Assembly: GCA_965222605.1 (NCBI GenBank)
Contig: OZ244960.1
Location: 2,560,001-2,624,000, forward strand
DNA from: Candidatus Latescibacterota bacterium
GTDB lineage: Bacteria > Latescibacterota > UBA2968
DNA length: 64,000 nucleotides
Direction: 5' to 3'
The notes beneath the pieces are model-generated. The model had not been told where the DNA came from, searched no databases, and was given only the letters and a program-made list of their open reading frames with translations. The translations under genes and the position numbers were made by a program. Shown here in pieces: positions 29,710 to 38,987 of the stretch. The first letter of the stretch is position 1. Each line of letters begins with the position of its first letter.

Positions 29710-31281
29710 ATGAACAACCAATTCGAAAAAAATTTTGCTTTGGCAAAAAGGCATGAGAATCAACTCATTGCCTGTCTTGAAGATTATTTTGGCAGTTCGT
29801 TTTCCCCTGCGGAACTCGGTGAGGATAAATATAGAAAGATCGATTTCTTCTCTAATTGCCGCCAAAAGATTCCCGTTGGTGCTCGCGTGTGCCGGCATAC
29901 AGCATGGGAGTATCGGTCTCAAGTCACCATTAGCGATAATAAGAGCATACACAAGTCCGAACACGATGAATGGATGGTTGCAGGTAAAGGACCGGACTAT
30001 TTCATCTATGGTCATATTGCCCCTGACGGAGAAGATCTCCAAATGGTTGTTCTGGTCAGTCTTGCCATGCTACGTACGAAAAAAGGAAAACGCATAAACT
30101 CATATAACTTTTTCGCTTATCCAATCACCGATCCAGGAGTCGTGCTCTGCTGTTGGTACAGTCCCGCAGTGCGCGACGATCCGATCATCAACATATTGTC
30201 AGGCCCCAAAAAACCATTTCAACCTTTAACTCCACTGCGTCCAAATAGAGAGCCTACCTATTCGACATCTGAAAAACACCGGATATCGCCTCCAATCCCT
30301 TCTCAGATATTGGAAGAATCCCCTCCAATATCCTACGCGAGATACAGAAGGAGATCGCGACGCTATCAATGGCATATTGCCATTGTCACAGTATTACTTC
30401 TATCGGGCGTTGTTTTCGGCATTTATTCTAATCGCGGCATGGCACAGATCGAGATAGAGGCGAAAAAACGCACCAATTCTCACCAACCAAATCTGATCGT
30501 GCCTGTGGACGCAATGGCACAGAGCAAGCCCGAACAAAAACAGATCGAGATAGAGACAAGAAAACAGACCGAATCTTCCGAACCAAATTTGATTACGCCT
30601 GAAGATGCAATGACTTATCTCGATCAAACAGGTACCGTCTGTGGCGAAGTTGCAAGTTCCAAATACGCTGTGCAAAGCAAAGGGCGGCCCACGTACCTAA
30701 ACATTGGTAAACCCTATCCAAATCATATTTTTACTGCTGTTATATGGGATACGCATCGCGCTCAATTTGGCGCACCTGAACAGAGATACAAAGGAAAATG
30801 GGTTTGTGTGACGGGAAGAATCACCGCGTATCAAGGCGCGGCACAAATAGAAGTGCAGGAAAGGGAATACCTCAGTGAAGTTGATGGGCCAACTTTCAAA
30901 TACCTCAATTCCCTAGGACCAAATTTGATTGCGCCCGAGGATGCAATGGCTTATCTCGACCAAACAGGTACTGTCTGTGGCGAAGTTGCAAGCTCCAAAT
31001 ACGCTGTGCAAAGCAACGGACGCCCCACATTCTTAAACATCGGCAAACCCTATCCAAATCATCTCTTTACTGTTGTAATACCTGACGAGTATCGCGCCCA
31101 ATTTGGCGCACCTGAACAGAGATACAAAGGAAAATGGATTTGCATGACGGGGAAAATCACCGCGTATCAAGGCGTACCTCAAATAGAAGTAAAGGAGATA
31201 GAATATCTCAGTGAAGTTGATGAGCCGACTTTCAAATACGTCAAAAAATTTCTCTCGGGACCTGGAGTACGCCAAGAGTAG
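29710..31281 (+). CDS. Membrane protein: N-terminal putative nuclease-like domain, single TM, two tandem OB-fold-like repeats
   Basis: TM WHIAIVTVLLLSGVVFGIY; a 112-aa repeat GTVCGEVASSKY...PTYLNIGKPYPNH.FT.VI...YKGKW.C.TG.ITAYQG..QIEV occurs twice. Confidence 0.7.
   Translation: MNNQFEKNFALAKRHENQLIACLEDYFGSSFSPAELGEDKYRKIDFFSNCRQKIPVGARVCRHTAWEYRSQVTISDNKSIHKSEHDEWMVAGKGPDYFIYGHIAPDGEDLQMVVLVSLAMLRTKKGKRINSYNFFAYPITDPGVVLCCWYSPAVRDDPIINILSGPKKPFQPLTPLRPNREPTYSTSEKHRISPPIPSQILEESPPISYARYRRRSRRYQWHIAIVTVLLLSGVVFGIYSNRGMAQIEIEAKKRTNSHQPNLIVPVDAMAQSKPEQKQIEIETRKQTESSEPNLITPEDAMTYLDQTGTVCGEVASSKYAVQSKGRPTYLNIGKPYPNHIFTAVIWDTHRAQFGAPEQRYKGKWVCVTGRITAYQGAAQIEVQEREYLSEVDGPTFKYLNSLGPNLIAPEDAMAYLDQTGTVCGEVASSKYAVQSNGRPTFLNIGKPYPNHLFTVVIPDEYRAQFGAPEQRYKGKWICMTGKITAYQGVPQIEVKEIEYLSEVDEPTFKYVKKFLSGPGVRQE
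30582..31239. repeat. Intragenic tandem duplication, 336-bp period
   Basis: 30582-30903 and 30918-31239 are highly similar. Confidence 0.9.
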
Positions 31282-31325
31282 ATTACTCCCCATACGGGGT
31301 CGTATCCTAACCACTATCCACTACT

Positions 31326-32885
31326 ATGTCAAACCAACGCTTTATCGCACTCATCATCCTCGACGGCTGGGGGTTAAACCCACGCCGTGACCACAACGCC
31401 GTGGCCCTTGCCAGCACCCCAACAATGGACCGCCTCCTGACAACTTATGCCCACACCACCCTCAACACCTCGGGAAGCGCAGTCGGTCTTCCCGACGGGC
31501 TGATGGGCAACTCCGAAGTCGGGCATCTCAACCTGGGCGCGGGACGCACCGTCATGCAAGCCATGACCCAGATAGACGGCCGCGTACGGGACGGCAGCCT
31601 GTTCAAAAATGAAGCCCTGATAACCGCCATAGACCGCATCAAAAACCACAACCGCAACCTCCACCTCATCGGCCTCGTCTCCGACGGCGGCGTACACACC
31701 TGGCCCAGTCACTACGAAGGCCTGATCAAAATGGCAGCCGCGCGCGGCCTCCCGTCAGACCGCCTCTTCATCCACGCCTTTACCGATGGGCGCGACACAC
31801 CGCCCCAAAGCGGCCTGGCCCGCATGCGCGAATTGCTCGCCATGCTCAAAACCCATGGCATTGGTCGCGTCGCATCCATATCCGGGCGGTATTACGCTAT
31901 GGACCGCGACCACCGTTGGGAACGCACCCAAATGGCCTACGACCTGCTCACACAGGGCAAAGGCATCGCAGAAACCGACCCCATCACAGCCATACAAAAC
32001 GCCTATAACCGCGGCGAAACCGACGAATTTATCAAACCCATCGCCATAGCCGACAGCGCGGACAACCCCACCATAAAAGATGGGGACAGCGTCATCTTCT
32101 TCAACTTCCGCGGAGACAGACCCCGGCAAATCACCCGCGCCTTTGTACTCAAAGACTTCGACGGCTTTGAACGCCGCGTCTGGCCCAACGTACACTTCAC
32201 CACCCTGACCCGATACGAAGCGAACGTACCCGTCACAGGCATTGCGTATCCACCCGAAACCCTCTCGCAAAACATGCCCAACATCTGTGGATCAATCATC
32301 GCCCAGGCGAACAAACGACAGCTTCGCATCGCAGAAACAGAAAAATACGCCCACGTCACCTTCTTCTTCAACGGACAGCGGGAAACGCCCTTTGACGGAG
32401 AAGAACGCATCCTCGTCCAATCCCCCAAAGACGTCCCCACCTACGATCACAAACCCGAAATGAGCGCACCCGAAATCACAGATCGATTCACAGAAGCCAT
32501 CGCATCCAACCAATTCGACACCGCAATATGCAACTTTGCCAACCCCGACATGGTAGGCCACACCGGCATCCTCGAAGCCGCTGTACAAGCCGTCACCACC
32601 GTTGACACATGCCTGGGCCGCGTACTCAAAGCCATAGAAAACGCAAACGGCGCAGCCATCGTCACCTCTGACCACGGCAACGCCGAACAAATGCTACACT
32701 ACAACACCGGCGAACCCCACACCGCACACACCACCAACCCCGTACCTTTTGTACTCGTTGACCCCACCTATAAGGGAAAACTCCGCGCTGGCGGCGCACT
32801 CTGCGACGTTGCCCCCACCCTGCTCTCCCTGCTCAACCTGCCAAAACCCGCTGAAATGACTGGGGATGATCTGAGGGAAAAATGA
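31326..32885 (+). CDS. gpmI: 2,3-bisphosphoglycerate-independent phosphoglycerate mutase
   Basis: ILDGWG, MGNSEVGH, DGRDTPP, GRYYAMDRD, AETEKYAHVTFFF, NPDMVGHTG, DHGNAE. Confidence 0.97.
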   Translation: MSNQRFIALIILDGWGLNPRRDHNAVALASTPTMDRLLTTYAHTTLNTSGSAVGLPDGLMGNSEVGHLNLGAGRTVMQAMTQIDGRVRDGSLFKNEALITAIDRIKNHNRNLHLIGLVSDGGVHTWPSHYEGLIKMAAARGLPSDRLFIHAFTDGRDTPPQSGLARMRELLAMLKTHGIGRVASISGRYYAMDRDHRWERTQMAYDLLTQGKGIAETDPITAIQNAYNRGETDEFIKPIAIADSADNPTIKDGDSVIFFNFRGDRPRQITRAFVLKDFDGFERRVWPNVHFTTLTRYEANVPVTGIAYPPETLSQNMPNICGSIIAQANKRQLRIAETEKYAHVTFFFNGQRETPFDGEERILVQSPKDVPTYDHKPEMSAPEITDRFTEAIASNQFDTAICNFANPDMVGHTGILEAAVQAVTTVDTCLGRVLKAIENANGAAIVTSDHGNAEQMLHYNTGEPHTAHTTNPVPFVLVDPTYKGKLRAGGALCDVAPTLLSLLNLPKPAEMTGDDLREK

Positions 32886-32895
32886 AAAAACCTCT

Positions 32896-32977
32896 GGATC
32901 GCGGCTAAAACCATGCCGCGATGACGAGTCGGGAAAGGATTTTCCTCCTACGGGACGGCACGGGGACCGTCCCCTAC
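32896..32977. repeat. REP cluster (CGTC plus two GTAG types) between convergent genes
   Basis: GGATCGCGGC..GCCGCGATGACG; GGGAAAGGATTTTCCTCCTAC; GGGACGGCACGGGGACCGTCCCCTAC. Confidence 0.8.
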
Positions 32978-32981
32978 AACT

Positions 32982-34403
32982 TCACCCTTCATACGCTTCC
33001 CAAACCGGAATCGTCCCCGAAGTTGAACCATCTTTTACCAGAAGCCGTTCGCCATCTGTAAAACCCTCGGGGCGACCGACCAATTCCCCAATAAGACGGG
33101 ACCGCCACATAGCGACCTCGTCCGCCCACCCCCGATCATCGGCGAGATTGGTCATCTCGCATGGATCGTTTTCCACATCAAAAAACAGCTCCCGCCCCTG
33201 CCCTGGCAAATAAACGTACTTGCGCTTGCCATCCGTCACGTATTGCATCCCGCTATTCGACGTAGGCACACTCGCGCATTCGCCGTGAACATAATCTCGC
33301 CACGCCGCTTGTGAATCGCGAACAATCGGCAGCACACTCTCCCCATCCACCGTATCCGGAATCGGAACACCCACCGCATCGAGCAACGTCGGCATAATAT
33401 CCATCAACTCAACTGGACGATCGATAACCTGCTCTTGCGGCAATCCCAAACCCGCGGGAAATTTCATCAACAACGGAACCCGCGCAGACGGCTCAAAAGG
33501 ATTGCGCTTTCGCAGCCACTGATGATCCCCGAGCATCTCCCCGTGATCAGAAGCAAACACCACAATCGTATTCTGCGGCAACACGCGATTGCTAACCAGA
33601 CGCGCAACCTGATGATCAATATGTTCGATACACCCGTAATAACCCGCGCGCGTCGCCTTCATAACCGGCGGATCGAGACACAACCGCCAGCACTCCGGCT
33701 GCAACCCCCGCACCGGACCATCGAAAACCCGCGCCCAATCCCCCACATAAGGCTCGGGCAAATCCATCGCCATATACTTATCAAAATAATGCGCTGGCGG
33801 CGTAACCGGCTGGTGCGGATGGATAAAATTAACCGCCAAAAACCACGGCTGATCCCCGATTTGCGAATCGATAAACTCCAAACCCTTTTGTGTACACCAG
33901 TTCGTAAAATGCAAATGCTCATCCAAATGCCATGGACGCCCTGGAAAACCATTGCTATACATCCCATGGGCATCAGAGGCGCGGTGCCACGGCGCACCAT
34001 TCTCGCGCACATATTTCTGATAATCATTATCAACCCCCGAAATGGGACTATCCGCCCATTCCGCGGAATCAAACCCAAGCTCCGTCGCGGGCGGACCCCA
34101 ATGCGCCTTGCCCGAAAGATGGGTGCGATATCCCGCATCGCGCAAAACCCCGGGCAACGTTGGCCACGGCAGCGGTGCTTGTGCATTTTGAAGCGCGCCG
34201 TGATTGCTGGGCTTGCGACCCGTAATCACCGTGCGGCGAGCCGGCACACACACCGGACAAGCCGAATAAGCACTGCGAAAACGCACCCCCGACGCAGCCA
34301 TAAAGTCCAGATTGGGCGTTTGCAACACGGGATGCCCCTCAATACCCAGGCAATCGCCGCGTTGCTGATCCGTCATAATAAATAAAATATTGGGTCTATT
34401 CAT
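32982..34403 (-). CDS. Formylglycine-dependent (Cys-type) sulfatase
   Basis: RPNILFIMTDQQR, CVPARR, GKAH, SDHGEMLGDH. Confidence 0.92.
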   Translation of the reverse strand: MNRPNILFIMTDQQRGDCLGIEGHPVLQTPNLDFMAASGVRFRSAYSACPVCVPARRTVITGRKPSNHGALQNAQAPLPWPTLPGVLRDAGYRTHLSGKAHWGPPATELGFDSAEWADSPISGVDNDYQKYVRENGAPWHRASDAHGMYSNGFPGRPWHLDEHLHFTNWCTQKGLEFIDSQIGDQPWFLAVNFIHPHQPVTPPAHYFDKYMAMDLPEPYVGDWARVFDGPVRGLQPECWRLCLDPPVMKATRAGYYGCIEHIDHQVARLVSNRVLPQNTIVVFASDHGEMLGDHQWLRKRNPFEPSARVPLLMKFPAGLGLPQEQVIDRPVELMDIMPTLLDAVGVPIPDTVDGESVLPIVRDSQAAWRDYVHGECASVPTSNSGMQYVTDGKRKYVYLPGQGRELFFDVENDPCEMTNLADDRGWADEVAMWRSRLIGELVGRPEGFTDGERLLVKDGSTSGTIPVWEAYEG

Positions 34404-34405
34404 GT

Positions 34406-35116
34406 TTATCCTTTCTGAAGATGATGAATACAAATCGCAGCGGCGGCAGACACATTGAGAGACGCAATAGCACCGCGAGGGGCAATGCGGCATATCTCAT
34501 CGCACTTATCGCGCGTCAGGCGTCGCATGCCGCTCTCTTCATTTCCCAGCACCAGAAGCCAAGGGCGATCTGCCGAAAACGCACCCAAGTCTTTCTCGGC
34601 ATGCTCAGAAGTCCCCAAAACCCAGAGACCTGCATCCTTGGCAACATCCAACGCCCGACTCAAATTGGTCTGAACAGAAAACGGAACATACTCAACACCA
34701 CCCGAAGCAACATCGTACGCCGCGCCGCTCATCGGAGCAGATCGATCTCGTGTAAGCAAAATACCGCGCACCCCAAAAAAAGCCGCCGTGCGAAAAATCG
34801 CACCCAGATTTTGCGGATCCTGAACCGTATCGAGCGCCAAAAAAAGACCCGCCTTATCGGCAAACAACTCGCCAAGATCACAACCCGGATGTTCTTTAAT
34901 CGCAGCTTCAGCGTCTCCTCCACGGGACCGATCCTGCCGCGCCGACCTCTCACCCCTCCCAAAAAATACGCGCACACCGATCTTCTCTGCCTGCTCCCGC
35001 ACCGCTCCCCACGCGCCACCGCCCTGTTTAGCAGGCAACCGAATCTCGAAAATATCCTGCGGTCGCTTTTCCAGAACCGCCAGAATACTGTGCGGATTTT
35101 TGAGATATATCGGCAT
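34406..35116 (-). CDS. rlmB: SpoU/TrmH-family rRNA methyltransferase (RlmB-like)
   Basis: LDTVQDPQNLGAIFRTA, LVLGNEESGMR, SLNVSAA. Confidence 0.8.
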   Translation of the reverse strand: MPIYLKNPHSILAVLEKRPQDIFEIRLPAKQGGGAWGAVREQAEKIGVRVFFGRGERSARQDRSRGGDAEAAIKEHPGCDLGELFADKAGLFLALDTVQDPQNLGAIFRTAAFFGVRGILLTRDRSAPMSGAAYDVASGGVEYVPFSVQTNLSRALDVAKDAGLWVLGTSEHAEKDLGAFSADRPWLLVLGNEESGMRRLTRDKCDEICRIAPRGAIASLNVSAAAAICIHHLQKG

Positions 35117-35129
35117 ATTATCTCTGTCT

Positions 35130-35615
35130 TTACCTGCTCTCAAACCTATCGTCTCGCGGTACGCGCTTCTCCAACTCAATCTGAGAAGAAACAGACCGGG
35201 TCCCAGCCCCATAGTGATAAACCAGATGCCCACCCGTATATCCCGCCGCGCACACCAAACCCGCGGTAATAAGACCGAAAACGAGATACACATAGCGAAT
35301 AATTCCGACAAATTTCTTTTTTAAAACAAAATGCGTGCGTATCAGCGCCAGTGCAACAGCGAGAAACGCGGTAACAGTCCCGAGCGTATCGTGATCGTCT
35401 AAATCTGCGGCAATATCATCAATATGCTGCGCGACCTCGGCTGCACTATCCCCTGTAAGCGCGACCGGAATCGCGCTCAAAGCACCGAGCGAAAAGAGCA
35501 AAAACCCCGCTCTCACAAAAAAGTCGCGATCATTCAATATGCCAATCGCATCGCAAACAACGCCGATCAGCAACAACACAATGGGAAAATGTGCAATAAG
35601 AGGATGGATATCCAT
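35130..35615 (-). CDS. DUF2231-like membrane protein
   Basis: HPLIAHFPI...H...GYTGGHLVYHYGAG; four TM segments. Confidence 0.8.
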   Translation of the reverse strand: MDIHPLIAHFPIVLLLIGVVCDAIGILNDRDFFVRAGFLLFSLGALSAIPVALTGDSAAEVAQHIDDIAADLDDHDTLGTVTAFLAVALALIRTHFVLKKKFVGIIRYVYLVFGLITAGLVCAAGYTGGHLVYHYGAGTRSVSSQIELEKRVPRDDRFESR

Positions 35616-35632
35616 AACGCGGTAGGAAATCT

Positions 35633-36247
35633 TTATGGACGCAAGTCAAGTTGCAACGGCTCTACATGGCGCGGGTCGGCAACGGGCTGTCCCGGCCACG
35701 CGCCTTCCAGGAACGTAATGCTATTGTAGAAATTGTCCAGTGCGATAAACTTTCCGTTCTCCTCTGCCCATTCCCGCATGCGGCGGTTACAACTGTGACG
35801 CCACGACAACACTTCTATGTCCCAGCCCCTGCGATGCATCCGCTCTATGTCTGCGTGAAACCCAACGCCATCGACAAAGCCACTGCCATCGCCGGTAAGA
35901 AGAACAGCAATTCCCGGTACGCCGTTATAATCCACTGTATCGCGGAGCATAATCGTTTGAAGAACTTGATCCACGCCCTGTTCGCTACCGTGCAAGGCAC
36001 CGCGTTCTAACAACCGCACCTCAACATCCTCATTCTCGAGGCGGTTCCAGACCTGGCGCAACTCGGGTGGAATAGAACCAACAGCAATGGCCCGCTCAAT
36101 CGGACGGCCCGCATGTGCCAGCGCGAGGAGATTGCGAAAATGAATACGCACGCGAGCGCGAACAGCCTCACCCTCGCGCTCTGTTGCGGCCTCTTGCGCG
36201 CTAATAAAGATGTTGGAATTATCCCAGTAGATAAAAACCTTCTTCAT
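35633..36247 (-). CDS. NYN-domain (LabA/DUF88) protein
   Basis: IYWDNSNI, EQGVD, LLTGDG, GWDIEVLSW. Confidence 0.85.
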   Translation of the reverse strand: MKKVFIYWDNSNIFISAQEAATEREGEAVRARVRIHFRNLLALAHAGRPIERAIAVGSIPPELRQVWNRLENEDVEVRLLERGALHGSEQGVDQVLQTIMLRDTVDYNGVPGIAVLLTGDGSGFVDGVGFHADIERMHRRGWDIEVLSWRHSCNRRMREWAEENGKFIALDNFYNSITFLEGAWPGQPVADPRHVEPLQLDLRP

Positions 36248-36357
36248 GATGCTATTCTCCCGTTAAGTTCAAAAAAGTGTTTCAATCGCGCGACAAATCC
36301 ATTACAATGGGCGGGTTAAGATAAAGATAAAAGAGACCCGCGACAAGGAAGGATTAT

Positions 36358-37695
36358 ATGATTGATCGACCAAACATCTTATTTATGCACTCGCACAACA
36401 CCGGAACTTATGTCGAACCCTATGGACACGCTGTCCCAACGCCGCATCTACAGCAATTGGCAGAACAAGGCGTACTATTTCGGCGGGCGTATGCCACAGC
36501 CCCCACGTGTTCGCCCAGCAGAGCGAGTTTTTTAACCGGCATGTACCCCCATTCGTGTGGCATGACAGGACTCGCACACCGCGGCTTTGCCATGTCGAAT
36601 TACGACTGGCATGCAGCGCGCATCTTTAAGACAAATGGCTATTTTACAGCAACCGCTGGCGTGGAACACACCGCGCCGGACTTAAATACAATTGGCTACG
36701 ACGAAATCCTCTCCGGACTGGACACAAATTACCCCGGACAACCCAAATGGATTGAACCCGCGGATGCCGTCGTAGATTTCTTAAAAAATGCCCCCCAACA
36801 ACCCTTCTTCTTAAATTTGGGATTAAACGAAACACACCGGCCATTTCACAAAGCCGAACCCCACAAATATCCCGCAGAACGCAAACAATACTGCATCCCA
36901 CCCCGGCCCTTACCCGACACACCCGAAACGCGCGCAGACACAGCAGATTACAAAGCATCCGCCCGCATAATGGACAACCACTACGGCAACGTACTCGCAG
37001 CACTGGAAGAAACCGGTCTATCAGACAACACCCTCGTATGCTGCTTTGCCGACCACGGATTGCAATTTCCGCGCAACATGTGCAACCTGACAGACCACGG
37101 CATTGGCGTGTACCTCATAATACGCGGACCGGACGGATTTGAAGGTGGGAAAGTCGTAAATGCGATGGTAAGCTTGATGGACCTATTGCCCACAGCATAT
37201 CGGGCAGCCGGCATAGAAATACCCGACTATGTACAGGGGAAATCGCTATACCCGCTGATAAATGGCGACAAAGACCGCCACCGGGAGGAAATATTTTCAG
37301 AAGTAACGTATCACGCGGCGTATGAACCCATGCGAAGCATCCGCACGGAGAGATATAAATATATTCGGCGATACGACAACCGCGACAAACTCGTATTGCC
37401 CAACGTCGATGACACACCGACAAAAGCGTTCTTGCTCAATCAAAACTGGGAGCAATTGCCGCGAGATCAAAAAATGTTATACGATCTGATATTCGATCCC
37501 GATGAAGCGCACAACATCATCGACCGAGAAGACATAGCACATATTCAGAAGGATCTGAGCGACCGATTGGATACCTGGATGGAAGAAACGAATGATCCCC
37601 TCTTGTCAGATGGGTACATCGCCGCACCGGGTGGTTCTCAGGTCAACAATTCCGACGGCCGCTCGCCAAATGAGGCGCCGGAGGTTATGGCGTAG
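36358..37695 (+). CDS. Cys-type sulfatase, sulfamidase (N-sulfoglucosamine sulfohydrolase)-like
   Basis: RPNILFMHSH, CSPSRASFLTG, GLAH, ETHRPF, ADHG, YEPMRSIRT. Confidence 0.88.
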   Translation: MIDRPNILFMHSHNTGTYVEPYGHAVPTPHLQQLAEQGVLFRRAYATAPTCSPSRASFLTGMYPHSCGMTGLAHRGFAMSNYDWHAARIFKTNGYFTATAGVEHTAPDLNTIGYDEILSGLDTNYPGQPKWIEPADAVVDFLKNAPQQPFFLNLGLNETHRPFHKAEPHKYPAERKQYCIPPRPLPDTPETRADTADYKASARIMDNHYGNVLAALEETGLSDNTLVCCFADHGLQFPRNMCNLTDHGIGVYLIIRGPDGFEGGKVVNAMVSLMDLLPTAYRAAGIEIPDYVQGKSLYPLINGDKDRHREEIFSEVTYHAAYEPMRSIRTERYKYIRRYDNRDKLVLPNVDDTPTKAFLLNQNWEQLPRDQKMLYDLIFDPDEAHNIIDREDIAHIQKDLSDRLDTWMEETNDPLLSDGYIAAPGGSQVNNSDGRSPNEAPEVMA

Positions 37696-37797
37696 GGGAC
37701 GGTCCCTGTGCCGTCCCGCACGCGCAGCACAACGACAGTAATATCCACATAAAATTGTCCCAACCACAACGGGCGGGCACGGGGGCACCGCCCCTAC
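37692..37797. repeat. Pair of oppositely oriented GTAG REPs; the first supplies the sulfatase stop
   Basis: GTAGGGGACGGTCCCTGTGCCGTCCC...GGGCGGGCACGGGGGCACCGCCCCTAC. Confidence 0.8.
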
Positions 37798-37812
37798 AAA
37801 AGGAGGAACCCC

Positions 37813-38910
37813 ATGAAAATGCAAGCATCATTACTCTATGAGCCGGGCAGGCCATTGGAAGTGGAGGACCTCGACCTGGAGGGACCAAAAGAGGACGAAG
37901 TCATGGTGCGGATGGTTGCTACCGGGGTATGTCACAGTTGCTTACACGTCGTAGATGGCAGCTGGACCGGATTTCCAATGCCAATGGTACTCGGCGATGA
38001 AGGGGCTGGAATCGTAGAAGAAGTAGGACCCGGCGTTCGACATGTAAAACCCGGCGACCATGTCATCCTATCCTGGGCACCGGCATGCGGACGCTGTCAC
38101 TACTGCGTAACCGGACTATCGCATTTGTGTGAACGCACGATGCCGGGCAAAGGGGTATTAATGGACGGCACATCCAGAATGAAAATAAAAGGACAACCCG
38201 TGTACCATTACGGACCCGCGTGCAGCTATGCCTCTTACTCCGTCATGCCCGCCTCCTGTGCGATCCCCATTCGAGAAGACATGCCCCTCGAAGTAGCCGC
38301 ATTAATCGGATGCTCGGTCATGACAGGTGTAGGCTCAGTAATCAACACCGCCGCCGTAACTCCCGGAGCGAGCATCGCTGTATTCGGCACCGGGGGAATC
38401 GGCCTGAACGTCATACAGGGCGGAACACTCGTACAAGCACATCCAATTATAGCAATAGATATCAACCCCGCCAAATTGGAATACGCGAAATCCTTTGGCG
38501 CAACGCACACCATTGACGCGAGCAAAGAAAATCCGGTAGAAGCCATAAAAGACCTCACCGGACGTGGGGCAGATTATTCATTTGTAGCAGTCGGCAACGC
38601 GCAGGTCATCAATCAGGCGTGGGACTGTCTGGCATCCAGGGGCCAGTGTTTGCTCATCGGTCTGCCGCCAACCGGCTCCACCGTAACATTTGACACCGGC
38701 AACCTCCAATCCAACGAGCGCATCCTGCGCGGCTGCAAATACGGAAGCGCGAGAACCTGGGACGATTTCCCGCGGATGGTAGAACTCTATCTGGCAGGAA
38801 AGTTGAAAATCGACGAACTGGTAACCCGACGATTTGATCTCGAAGAAGCCAACGAAGCATTTGACGCCCTGGCCGCTGGCGAAGTGGCGCGGGGTCTGAT
38901 CGTTTTCTGA
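37813..38910 (+). CDS. Zn-dependent alcohol dehydrogenase (MDR family)
   Basis: GVCHS, GDEGAG, CGRCHYC..G..HLC, GCSVMTG, GTGGIG. AGGAGG RBS. Confidence 0.92.
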   Translation: MKMQASLLYEPGRPLEVEDLDLEGPKEDEVMVRMVATGVCHSCLHVVDGSWTGFPMPMVLGDEGAGIVEEVGPGVRHVKPGDHVILSWAPACGRCHYCVTGLSHLCERTMPGKGVLMDGTSRMKIKGQPVYHYGPACSYASYSVMPASCAIPIREDMPLEVAALIGCSVMTGVGSVINTAAVTPGASIAVFGTGGIGLNVIQGGTLVQAHPIIAIDINPAKLEYAKSFGATHTIDASKENPVEAIKDLTGRGADYSFVAVGNAQVINQAWDCLASRGQCLLIGLPPTGSTVTFDTGNLQSNERILRGCKYGSARTWDDFPRMVELYLAGKLKIDELVTRRFDLEEANEAFDALAAGEVARGLIVF

Positions 38911-38920
38911 TTTGACTTTC

Positions 38921-38955
38921 TTATACAATGTAATACTTTGCTTACATTTGTATAA
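38921..38955. promoter_or_regulatory. Imperfect palindrome containing a TACA-NN-TGTA (BlaI/MecI/CopY-type) box
   Basis: TTATACAATGTAA-8-TTACATTTGTATAA upstream of the 38988 gene. Confidence 0.5.
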
Positions 38956-38987
38956 AAAATATAAATTTACTTTCAAGAAGCCAAATC

